A stretch of 64,000 nt of DNA from an uncultured virus (IMG/VR IMGVR_UViG_3300030376_004332) (taxonomy: Duplodnaviria > Heunggongvirae > Uroviricota > Caudoviricetes). Position numbers and translations under genes: made by a program. The stretch lies in the IMG/VR virus record IMGVR_UViG_3300030376_004332, one strand, 5' to 3'. Below are positions 55,399 to 64,000 of this stretch, piece after piece. The notes under the pieces were generated by a model. It saw only the letters and a program-made list of their open reading frames with translations, was not told the DNA's origin and did no database searches. Position 1 is the stretch's first letter; each line of letters opens with the position of its first letter.

Positions 55399-55586
55399 TA
55401 CTCTGAATCTTCTTTAACAACTTCAGGTGTTGGTGCTTCTTCTCCAGTTTGCTTAGAGATTTCTTTAGCCACAACAACCAAAGCTTCGGCACCATTTAAG
55501 CCGACTTGCTTAGTAGCAATATCGAGTGATTGTAAAATGATTTGAATGAATCCTTTGGGAATTTCTAATGTAACTTTTTCTTCCAT
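55398..55586 (-). CDS. Small protein downstream of the fibre (possible chaperone)
   Basis: LDIATKQVGL motif; TTGAAC-16-TATTCT upstream. Confidence 0.65.
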   Translation of the reverse strand: MEEKVTLEIPKGFIQIILQSLDIATKQVGLNGAEALVVVAKEISKQTGEEAPTPEVVKEDSE

Positions 55587-55646
55587 AATACGTTTAGAAT
55601 AGGCATATTTAAGGACTGTTCAAGTGTTTTATTTAAATAAAAATAT

Positions 55647-58600
55647 TTAAACAAATGCGACTTCGTGCTCCGTTCCAGCACCATCTTGGAAGTACAACTT
55701 GTTATCTGATTTGGTGTAGAGTTTGCCTACATCTGCCGTTGCAGTTGGTGTAGTAGTTTCAGTCATAGCCATCGCCCCAGTTACTTTAGTCCCGTCAGAT
55801 GTAGTAGTGAATTTAACTGCTTGGTTATAGGATAAGATAGAACCACCATCCTTGGTAAACTGCGCCATGGTATAGCCTTCCTCATCTTGGAAATATATAG
55901 CGGGGCCATTTGTTTGTAAGTGCAACCCACCTGTACCTAAGTCTCTTATGTAGCTAAGGCTTCCAGAGTGATAAATTGATAGATCGCTGCCAACTCCAAA
56001 CTTGAGTTTAACATTATCCATTAAGGCTATGTCTTTATCGAATTGAATTAGTCCTAATGAACCATCAAATGCCATGTATTGAGCAATGCCACCAGATCCA
56101 TCATCTAATTCAAATTTTATATCCCCATCATCAGTGTTATTTTTAATAATAAGGTTACCTGTGTTATTTGTAATAGCCCCATTAGATCCGTTATGAAATA
56201 CCTGAAAATCATTGTCAGAACCCATCTGAAGCTGAACGCCATCAAGCAATCTCAATTCTTTTCCAAAGAGGATGTTTCCTGCGCTTCCATCCAAGTAAAA
56301 GTACTCAGTTGTTCCACCTGAACCATCGTCACACTTAAAGATAATGTCTTTATCGTTGGCGTTTTGTTCGATAACAAGATTGCCAGTCTGATTACGAATC
56401 TTTGAATCCACACCATCGTGGTGCAGAGTCATGTCTGCGTCAGGGCCGAAGGCTAAATATGAATCATCTGGGAATACTGTAATAGGATCTCCTCCAGATA
56501 ATGATCCATCTAAAAAGAAATAGGTTTCTTCTGCACCCGAACCATTGTCGCATCGGAAGATAATGTCTTTGTCAGTAGCACTGTTTTGGATAGTTAAATC
56601 ACCAGTATCTTCGTTAGTTATTATGGAATTAGATCCATCGTGCAATATTCGTAAACCAGATGTACCATTAAAGTAAATACTCTTACCAGTAGAGACCATA
56701 ACATCTTTTCGGGCTTGTATATCCTCAGAAGTTCCATCAATTCTAAAATATTCGGTAATTCCTGTAGATCCATCGTCCGATTCAAAAATTATTTTTCCAC
56801 CATTACCTTTACTTCTAATATGTAAATTACGAGTATTTTCTTGTACGAAACTGTCAGCACCATCATTAAAGATTTGTAAGCCCTCACCTACACCACCAAA
56901 CTGAAGTGTTGAGTTGTCTGGGAATACTGTCCTTGGGTGTGGTGCGCCTGATCCGTCTAAACGGAAATACTCCGTCATTCCATTACTGCCATTATCACAG
57001 AAAAATCTTATATCAGCATCGTTGGCATCATTCTTAATATCTAAATGACCAGTATTGTTTTGAATTATAGAACTCGACCCGTCATGATAGATATTTAAAT
57101 CATTACCTGTACCCCACCTTGCAATAACATTATCACTATGCCTTGTGTTGTAAGAAAATATTGTTAAGGCTTCACTGCCATCTACACGGAAATATTCGGC
57201 AGTTCCCCCAGACCCATCATCACATTTAAATATAATATCACCATCATCAACAGTTTGTTGAATGTGTAAGTTACCAGTACCAGTTTGACTTATGAAACTG
57301 TTAGATCCGTCATGGTGAATATCTAAATCAAGATCACTTCCAAACCTAAGTCTTCGATTATCTGGAAATATTGTGTACGTGTTCGTACCATCAGCAAGAG
57401 AGCCGTCTAAATAAAAATAAGTCAATAATGCTCCAGAACCGTCGTCGGACTGGAAATATATGTCAGCATCATTTGCTTTATTGGTAATATATAAAGGGCC
57501 AGTTTCATTTTCAATTCTAGAAGAAACTCCAACACCATCATGGTAGATATTTAAATCTGCCCCTGTTCCGACTTTTAACCTAACGCCATCTAAAAGTTTA
57601 ACGGATCTAGTAAAGATGCTTTGTGCTTCACTGCCATCTAAACGGAAGTATTCTGTTACACCGCCCGAAGCATCATCAGATTGAAAAACAATATCTTTGT
57701 CATCGTTGTGTTGCTGGATATAAAGGTCACCTGTTCCAGTTTGTTCTATGTAACTATTACTGCCGTCATGAGTAAATCTTAAATCTAAATTAGTTCCAAA
57801 AGACAACCTTGCGTTATCTGGAAAAACAGTAAAAGGATTACCCCCATCAATAGATCCATCTAAGTAGAAATAGGTTTCTACGCCACCAGAACCGTCATCA
57901 GATTGAAAAATGATGTCTTTATTGTCTGTATAATTTATAATGTATAAATCGCCAGTATTGTTTTCAATTCTAGAATCTGTGGCATCGTGATAAATCCGAA
58001 GATCAAAATTACCTGAACNNNNNNNNNNTGTTTTTGGAGTCGAGTCAGTATTCAATGAACCATCTAAGAAGAAATAGGTTTCTGTTCCGCCACTGCCGTC
58101 GTCGCATTTGAAAGTAATGTCACCGTCATTTGCATCATTTATTATTTCTAAATTTCCAACAGTGTTGTAAATAAATGAATTTGCTGCATGATAAATTCTT
58201 AGGTCTTTAGAATCTCCGAAAGCTGCAACTGATTGATCGGGGAATACAGTCCATGTATACCCACTGGCACTATAGGAACCATCTAAAAAGAAATAAGTAC
58301 CGTTGCCGCCATTACCATCATCAGATTGGAAGATGACATCCTTGTCGTTATCTCTGTTTCGGATATAAAGATCGCCCGTAGCATTATTGATCCATGAGTC
58401 AGTACCATCATGGTATACAAGAAGATCAGCGCCCGTTCCGAGAGCTAAATAAGAATTGTCTGGAAATATTGTAAACGGATTTCCGTCAGTGTTATTTGAT
58501 CCATCTAAGTAGAAATAGGTTTCTTTGCCCCCGCTACCATCATCGCATTGGAAGATGATGTCGTTATCATCAGAGCCGTTAGTTATGTAAAAATTACCAG

Positions 58601-61600
58601 TTCCGTTAGCTAGATATGTATCCGTACCATTATGGTATATATACAGATCTGAACCATCACCCATTGAGATGAAATCATTATCACCCCATTTAGTGTATGT
58701 ATTACCACCTCCAGCAGAACTGCCATCTAAACGGAAGTATTCTGCTACTCCACCAGATCCGTCGTCACATCTAAATATAATATCTTTATCGTCAGCATTA
58801 TTTTGAATATATAAATCGTTAGTTGAATTAGCGATGTATGTATTAGTCGAATCATGGTAAATACTAAAATCATGGCTTGAACCAAAAGATAAAAAAGAAT
58901 TATCTGGGAAATTTGTAATAGGGTTACCAGAAGAAGCTGACCCATCTAAAAGGAAATAGGTTTCTACTCCACCACTACCATCATCAGATTGAAAAATAAT
59001 ATCACCATCATCTTGTTCATTTTTTATATATAAACTGCCTGTGTAATTTCTTATATAACTATCTCCACCACCATGATAAAGCTGGAAGTCATCTCCCGCC
59101 CCGAATATTAAATGCTTACCGTCAGGAAATGATGTGTGTTGCAGTAATTTATTTCTTGTAACAGAACCATCTAGCTGAATGTAAGTAGCATTCCCTCCAC
59201 TACCATCGTCACATATTAATAAAACATCTTTGTCATCCGCAGTATTATGGATACGAAGATCACCAGTGTTATTCTGAAAACGTGTGTCTGTCCCATCGTG
59301 ATATAAATAACAATCGTTATCCGTTCCCAATGTAATTAAACTATTATCAGGGAATCTAATAATTGGGTTGCCTGATGACGCTGAACCATCTAGTAAGAAA
59401 TAGGTTTCTACACCTCCACTTCCGTCATCACTGCGGAATATTATATCCCCATCATCGGTATAATTAGTGATAAACAGGTCACCTGTCTTATTACCTATTT
59501 CACTAAGTGAACCAGTATGGACAAATTCTAAATCGTTACCTGATCCTAATGTTATTTTTCCATTATCTGGAAAATTTAGTTTACCGTCAGTTGTAAATGT
59601 TGCCCTGACTGCGTTATTTAAATAAAAGAGAAAATTATCACTAGATGAAACAGCAACACCACCAAGGCTAGTTGGAATAATTGAGGCATCGTAACTATCG
59701 TTACCTATTTTTATTCCTTTGGCGTTTGCGCTTCCAACATCAATTTCAATACCTTGATTGAATGTCCAAGAATCTGTTGAATTAGTCCAAGCAATAGTAT
59801 AATCACTAGCACCTTTAAGAGTAAAACCACCACCATCAGCCGTTGTGTCAGATGGGCTGGATACATTTCCGATTATAATGTTCTTGTCTTCGACTGCTAG
59901 GTTAGCTGTATCGATGGTTGTTGTAGTTCCTTGAATAGTTAAATCGCCCTCAACCACTAATCCACCTGTAATTAAAGTGTCTCCATCCTTTTCAACTCTA
60001 AATCGATTTGTACCATTGTCTTGTACTCTAAAAAGTGTATCTGTATCACCGTCTAAACCAGTGACATTAATTCTTAATCCACTTGTGGCGTTTGAGCTGT
60101 TAACATAAAGAATAGGGGCAGTTCCTGTTAAGCTTAAATCTCCTGATACCGTAGCACCACTAGCAGTTGTCTCGAACTTTTTAGTTCCATTATGGAATAA
60201 CTCTACAGCACCACCATTAATGAATTGAGCCATATTGGTAGAGTCATCATTGTCTCTAATAACAACATCGTCTTCGGCTAAAATTTTAATGTCGTCTCCA
60301 CCGTTCTCTATAATTAAATCACCTGTATCATTTTCAATGCGAGTGTTTGTCCCATCGTGATAAATATCTAAATCGTTACTATCTCCTAACCTAACTCTAC
60401 CGCTATTGGCAAGCATGAGGTGATTGCCTCCCATAACAAGGTTACCACCCATAGTGGCTCCTGTTGAGCTTGTTTCGAACTTTTTGGAGTTGTTGTAATA
60501 TAACTCAACGGCTCCATCTTCAGTGGCTTCAAATAAAGTTTCAGACTGGTTTGCTGATAAAACTCTTAGGTTATTTGAAGCAATGACCAAAGCACCTGTG
60601 CCTTGATCTAGCATTGTTGTGTTGGTTCCTGTATGGAAAATTTGAAAATCACTGCCATCTCCGAAAATAGCTTTTGAGTTGTCAGATAATTTTATGTTTT
60701 TATATGCACGGATATCGTTGTTAGCCCCAGAGATTTTTAAATAGTCAGTTACTCCACCAGAACCGTCATCGCATTGGAAATGAATATCTTTGTCATCTGT
60801 ATAATTTATAACGTATAAATCGCCAGTATTGTTTTCAATTCTAGAATCTGTGGCATCGTGATAAATCCGAAGATCAAAATTACCTGAACCGAAAAGCAAC
60901 TTAGAGTGGTCAGGGAATACTGTTTTTGGAGTCGAGTCAGTATTCAATGAACCATCTAAGAAGAAATAGGTTTCTACTCCGCCTGAACCATCGTCGGACT
61001 GGAAGATAATGTCCTTATCGTTTGAATCATTACGAATGTATAAATCACCAGTTAGGTTTTTTAAATAAGTGTCAGTGGCATTATGTTTTATAGTAAAGTC
61101 AGAATTAGTTCCAAAAGATAAAATAGAATCATCTGGAAAAACTGTGTAAGGCTCACCAGCAGAAGCAGATCCATCTAAGAAGAAATAGGTTTCTACTCCG
61201 CCTGAACCATCGTCAGATTGGAAGATGATATCTTTATCATCCGCAGAATTTTTAATGATTAAATTTCCTGTGTAGTTGTTTATAGTCGAATCAGTCCCAT
61301 CATGTGAAATTCTTAAATCAAAATCACCTCCTATTTGTAATATTGAATTATCAGGAAACACTGTAATAGGATTACCAGAAGAAGCAGATCCATCTAAATA
61401 GAAATAAGTTTCATTTCCCCCTGACCCATCGTCACAAGAAAAAACTATATCTTTGTCATCCGCTCTATTTTGTATGTTTAAGTTTCCAGTGTGATTTTTT
61501 ATAAACGAATTAGTCCCGTCGTGTAAAATTCTGAGATCACCCGCACCTCCGCCTCCAAATTGCATAAACACATTATCAGGCACGTTGATTGAACTAGACG

Positions 61601-63506
61601 TTAAATCTAAAACAGAACTATTTGCAACTGTCATTGCTAAATGTGTATCACCATCATAGTAAGAACGCATTTTAGTTTGCTTTGGTGTAGGCCCATCAAA
61701 GATTATGTAGTTGCCATTAGTTAATTGGATGTTGCCGCTGTCGACATGAAGTTTTTCTGCTGGACTTGTTGTTCCAATACCTACGTTACCATTTGCGATG
61801 ACTCTTAACCTTTCGGTGCTGTTAGTCTCAATTTTGATATAATTATTACCCCCAGATCCCCATATTTTATTTGCTGTTCCGCCCCACTGAATAGCATAAG
61901 CTGAGTCTAACTCTATGTTTCCAGCAGATATGTCTAACTTTTGAGATGGAGCATCTGTTCCTATACCAACGTTGCCACTTCCGTCAACTATCAGAGCAGA
62001 ATTACTACCATCAAGAACTTGCAAAGCATCGCCAGAACCATCGTTTCTAATTCTTACAGTTGGTTGTGTAGATGATGTGTTTTCATCTGTAAAATAAACA
62101 AGTGCTTCAGTGTTTGCTTGGGCTTCATTCCTTATAACTTGTAAACCCCTTGTTGTCGCTGTTTGCTTTATTTCTAATTTTGCAGAAGGGTTTGTTAACC
62201 CTATTCCTACATTACCAGCAGAGTCAATGCGCATTCTTTCCGATGTACCTGTTACATCGATGACAAAATTGCCATCACCAAATGTAAGGTTATCAGAAGA
62301 GTTCATTGAGACAGCAGATATAACTCCACCACCTGCTGTTTCTGTTAAGAAGGATCTTGTGTTGTCTACACGAACATCTCCACCTTCAAGCTGAAGCATT
62401 GCTTGCCCTGCTGTTCCACCAATCGTTATGTTGCCACCGCCATGTATTCTTAATCTTTCGGTGTTAGATGTACCTAATATTAAACTACCGTTGTAATGAT
62501 TGATTATTGAAGCTGCATCAGTCGAAGAATTATTAAATAATTTTAGACCTTGAGAAGCTGTTGCGCTTGACGCAATGACAATACCCTCAGTAGTTGAGCC
62601 ATTAACTCTAACTGAACCCTTTGTCGTGGTCTTTAAATTTCCATCGAAGCGTATTACCTCACTACCTCCTGCCGTAATAGCTATATTATTAGCAGTGGGT
62701 CGGAATATTCCTGTGTCGCTATCTGCATTAAATCTAACGCTTGGAGATGAAGCAGTACCGTCACCATGATAAACAGTGTTAACTTTTAAATTACCTAACG
62801 TACCGCTAAAAACTTCTGCGCTGTTTGTAGCCGCAGTTAAAAATGTAAAAGCACTTTCAGAATCGTCGTAACCAAAGAAACCTTTCTTTGCTGAACCATC
62901 GTAGTAATGAAACTCTACGCCCCTATCTTTGTTGTCATCAGATGACGGTGCAGATACCCCACCTAGAGTAAACACTGGATCGGATACCGATACAGACGAA
63001 CTCGAAAAAGTTGTCGTTGTCCCACTAACATCTAGGTCACCATTAACGGTTAACTTTCCAGTTACTGTAGCCCCTAAATTTGTTGTTTCTACTTTCTTTG
63101 CGTTATTGTAATAAAGATCTACAGAACCGTCTGGCGTAAAAATCGCCATGTTTTCTGAAGTACCTTTTGTTAGCCTTATGCTATCTCCATCTGTTTCGAT
63201 TGTTAGCCTTCCTGTTCCTGTGTCAGATATTCTGCTCTGTGAACCATCGTGATAAAGCTGTAGGTCTCCATCTGCACCTAACTTTATTTTTGCGTTATCA
63301 CTAAGTTCAAGTGAGTCATCGCTAGAATCCCACAACATGTAGCGAGAAGCAGTATCCCCGAAAAACTTTACGTCATGTCCTGCGTCATCAACCCCTATGT
63401 TGAGTGGGCCTGTTACAGTACCTCCTCCAGCTAGAGAAGAACCCGCAATCGTGGTTATTGATAAAGTGTCTAAGGACTGTGTTACAGTAAGTGTAGCATC
63501 TGACAT
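55647..63506 (-). CDS. Long repetitive tail fibre (about 2600 aa; spans an N gap)
   Basis: GNVGIGT repeats and 20 DDGSGG-type units of about 60-65 aa. Confidence 0.85.
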   Translation of the reverse strand: MSDATLTVTQSLDTLSITTIAGSSLAGGGTVTGPLNIGVDDAGHDVKFFGDTASRYMLWDSSDDSLELSDNAKIKLGADGDLQLYHDGSQSRISDTGTGRLTIETDGDSIRLTKGTSENMAIFTPDGSVDLYYNNAKKVETTNLGATVTGKLTVNGDLDVSGTTTTFSSSSVSVSDPVFTLGGVSAPSSDDNKDRGVEFHYYDGSAKKGFFGYDDSESAFTFLTAATNSAEVFSGTLGNLKVNTVYHGDGTASSPSVRFNADSDTGIFRPTANNIAITAGGSEVIRFDGNLKTTTKGSVRVNGSTTEGIVIASSATASQGLKLFNNSSTDAASIINHYNGSLILGTSNTERLRIHGGGNITIGGTAGQAMLQLEGGDVRVDNTRSFLTETAGGGVISAVSMNSSDNLTFGDGNFVIDVTGTSERMRIDSAGNVGIGLTNPSAKLEIKQTATTRGLQVIRNEAQANTEALVYFTDENTSSTQPTVRIRNDGSGDALQVLDGSNSALIVDGSGNVGIGTDAPSQKLDISAGNIELDSAYAIQWGGTANKIWGSGGNNYIKIETNSTERLRVIANGNVGIGTTSPAEKLHVDSGNIQLTNGNYIIFDGPTPKQTKMRSYYDGDTHLAMTVANSSVLDLTSSSINVPDNVFMQFGGGGAGDLRILHDGTNSFIKNHTGNLNIQNRADDKDIVFSCDDGSGGNETYFYLDGSASSGNPITVFPDNSILQIGGDFDLRISHDGTDSTINNYTGNLIIKNSADDKDIIFQSDDGSGGVETYFFLDGSASAGEPYTVFPDDSILSFGTNSDFTIKHNATDTYLKNLTGDLYIRNDSNDKDIIFQSDDGSGGVETYFFLDGSLNTDSTPKTVFPDHSKLLFGSGNFDLRIYHDATDSRIENNTGDLYVINYTDDKDIHFQCDDGSGGVTDYLKISGANNDIRAYKNIKLSDNSKAIFGDGSDFQIFHTGTNTTMLDQGTGALVIASNNLRVLSANQSETLFEATEDGAVELYYNNSKKFETSSTGATMGGNLVMGGNHLMLANSGRVRLGDSNDLDIYHDGTNTRIENDTGDLIIENGGDDIKILAEDDVVIRDNDDSTNMAQFINGGAVELFHNGTKKFETTASGATVSGDLSLTGTAPILYVNSSNATSGLRINVTGLDGDTDTLFRVQDNGTNRFRVEKDGDTLITGGLVVEGDLTIQGTTTTIDTANLAVEDKNIIIGNVSSPSDTTADGGGFTLKGASDYTIAWTNSTDSWTFNQGIEIDVGSANAKGIKIGNDSYDASIIPTSLGGVAVSSSDNFLFYLNNAVRATFTTDGKLNFPDNGKITLGSGNDLEFVHTGSLSEIGNKTGDLFITNYTDDGDIIFRSDDGSGGVETYFLLDGSASSGNPIIRFPDNSLITLGTDNDCYLYHDGTDTRFQNNTGDLRIHNTADDKDVLLICDDGSGGNATYIQLDGSVTRNKLLQHTSFPDGKHLIFGAGDDFQLYHGGGDSYIRNYTGSLYIKNEQDDGDIIFQSDDGSGGVETYFLLDGSASSGNPITNFPDNSFLSFGSSHDFSIYHDSTNTYIANSTNDLYIQNNADDKDIIFRCDDGSGGVAEYFRLDGSSAGGGNTYTKWGDNDFISMGDGSDLYIYHNGTDTYLANGTGNFYITNGSDDNDIIFQCDDGSGGKETYFYLDGSNNTDGNPFTIFPDNSYLALGTGADLLVYHDGTDSWINNATGDLYIRNRDNDKDVIFQSDDGNGGNGTYFFLDGSYSASGYTWTVFPDQSVAAFGDSKDLRIYHAANSFIYNTVGNLEIINDANDGDITFKCDDGSGGTETYFFLDGSLNTDSTPKTXXXXSGNFDLRIYHDATDSRIENNTGDLYIINYTDNKDIIFQSDDGSGGVETYFYLDGSIDGGNPFTVFPDNARLSFGTNLDLRFTHDGSNSYIEQTGTGDLYIQQHNDDKDIVFQSDDASGGVTEYFRLDGSEAQSIFTRSVKLLDGVRLKVGTGADLNIYHDGVGVSSRIENETGPLYITNKANDADIYFQSDDGSGALLTYFYLDGSLADGTNTYTIFPDNRRLRFGSDLDLDIHHDGSNSFISQTGTGNLHIQQTVDDGDIIFKCDDGSGGTAEYFRVDGSEALTIFSYNTRHSDNVIARWGTGNDLNIYHDGSSSIIQNNTGHLDIKNDANDADIRFFCDNGSNGMTEYFRLDGSGAPHPRTVFPDNSTLQFGGVGEGLQIFNDGADSFVQENTRNLHIRSKGNGGKIIFESDDGSTGITEYFRIDGTSEDIQARKDVMVSTGKSIYFNGTSGLRILHDGSNSIITNEDTGDLTIQNSATDKDIIFRCDNGSGAEETYFFLDGSLSGGDPITVFPDDSYLAFGPDADMTLHHDGVDSKIRNQTGNLVIEQNANDKDIIFKCDDGSGGTTEYFYLDGSAGNILFGKELRLLDGVQLQMGSDNDFQVFHNGSNGAITNNTGNLIIKNNTDDGDIKFELDDGSGGIAQYMAFDGSLGLIQFDKDIALMDNVKLKFGVGSDLSIYHSGSLSYIRDLGTGGLHLQTNGPAIYFQDEEGYTMAQFTKDGGSILSYNQAVKFTTTSDGTKVTGAMAMTETTTPTATADVGKLYTKSDNKLYFQDGAGTEHEVAFV
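58019..58028. other. Scaffold gap (10 N) inside a near-identical intragenic repeat
   Basis: Flanks match the copy at about 60795-60975, where 31 nt fill the equivalent interval. Confidence 0.9.
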
Positions 63507-63901
63507 TATTTTATTTCAGGTATTATGTCTAAGGTTAGTCTAAAGGAATGTTCTACAGAGCCCCCCGTTGTGGATATCTTTAAATCTCCAAAAACTCTAT
63601 TAGCCTCATTAGGTAACAAAGCTGAATCAGCAGAAGACCAAATTAGTTTTATGTTAGGCCCTGTCTGAGCTCCATCGACAACAGGGTTAGGAAAAGTTAT
63701 CCTATTGTTAGCAGTAGTTAGTGTATCAACTTCAGGCCCGTTAAAAGAGTTACCTATCTTTCTACGGATAACTAAAGAAGCAGTAAAGCCAGAAGTAAAA
63801 TCTTTAGAGGTTTGAGTGCCACTGTTTACTGCTGGCATATACGTCAGCATAAACGTAGTTGCCCTACCTACTTTTAATTCTATGGGTACTGGTTCAGCCA
63901 T
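63506..63901 (-). CDS. Tail-associated protein upstream of the fibre
   Basis: 131-aa ORF, TAATG-coupled to the fibre gene. Confidence 0.7.
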   Translation of the reverse strand: MAEPVPIELKVGRATTFMLTYMPAVNSGTQTSKDFTSGFTASLVIRRKIGNSFNGPEVDTLTTANNRITFPNPVVDGAQTGPNIKLIWSSADSALLPNEANRVFGDLKISTTGGSVEHSFRLTLDIIPEIK

Positions 63902-63925
63902 AATATACTTTTGTTTGTTAAATTG

Positions 63926-64000
63926 TTAATACATTCCTGACATACCTCCACCAACACCGTCAGGAGCAATATGTAAAGTTGGTTTAGCGGCTCCTCTATA
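63926..64000 (-). CDS. 3' end of a second allele of the 479..1438 gene
   Basis: YRGAAKPTLHIAPDGVGGGMSGMY* vs YRGAAKPTLRIAPDGVGAGMSGMY*. Confidence 0.9.
   Translation of the reverse strand, partial: YRGAAKPTLHIAPDGVGGGMSGMY

Noticed and set aside
57925..60975. DGR template/variable repeat pair in the fibre gene
   Set aside because: No reverse transcriptase; both copies are in-frame structural repeats without an adenine-specific mismatch pattern
63738..64000. True direct terminal repeat or attL/attR
   Set aside because: Identity stops at 77 bp mid-gene and continues as a diverged allele; no integrase; better explained as assembly overlap plus strain variant
1..64000. tRNA genes, stop-codon reassignment, introns/inteins
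   Set aside because: No cloverleaf noticed; the standard code gives dense, tightly coupled ORFs; terL, polymerase and helicase are of normal size and uninterrupted

Overview
The window is essentially one complete ~63.7-kb genome of an uncultured tailed dsDNA phage, podovirus-like and AT-rich. I recognised no integrase, RNA polymerase, tRNA or CRISPR array. Bases 1-77 recur exactly at 63738-63814, and the sequence beyond that is a diverged allele of the left end lacking one gene, so the contig appears to circle round into a second strain. There are alternating gene blocks. (i) Minus strand: portal, scaffold, capsid and tail genes (about 1-18.4 kb), continuing with a second fibre and the lysis genes at 53-64 kb. 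(ii) A hairpin-dense non-coding strand-switch region (18-19.7 kb). (iii) Plus strand: early/middle small genes (19.7-27.6 kb). (iv) Minus strand: terminase and putative ejected proteins, including a 3664-aa polyvalent protein (27.6-43.7 kb). (v) Plus strand: replication genes (RuvC-like, SF2 helicase, Cas4-like nuclease, family A polymerase, primase-helicase). The most striking observation is a 1751-aa fibre whose 10 N-half repeats and 10 C-half repeats are of different families but occur in mirror order around a central turn, which suggests a giant out-and-back hairpin fibre. Other highlights are the modular polyvalent protein with a NADAR-like domain between repeated spacer modules, many sigma70-like promoters with near-leaderless starts, and several structured non-coding elements. 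All functional calls come from motif recognition by eye; no searches were run.
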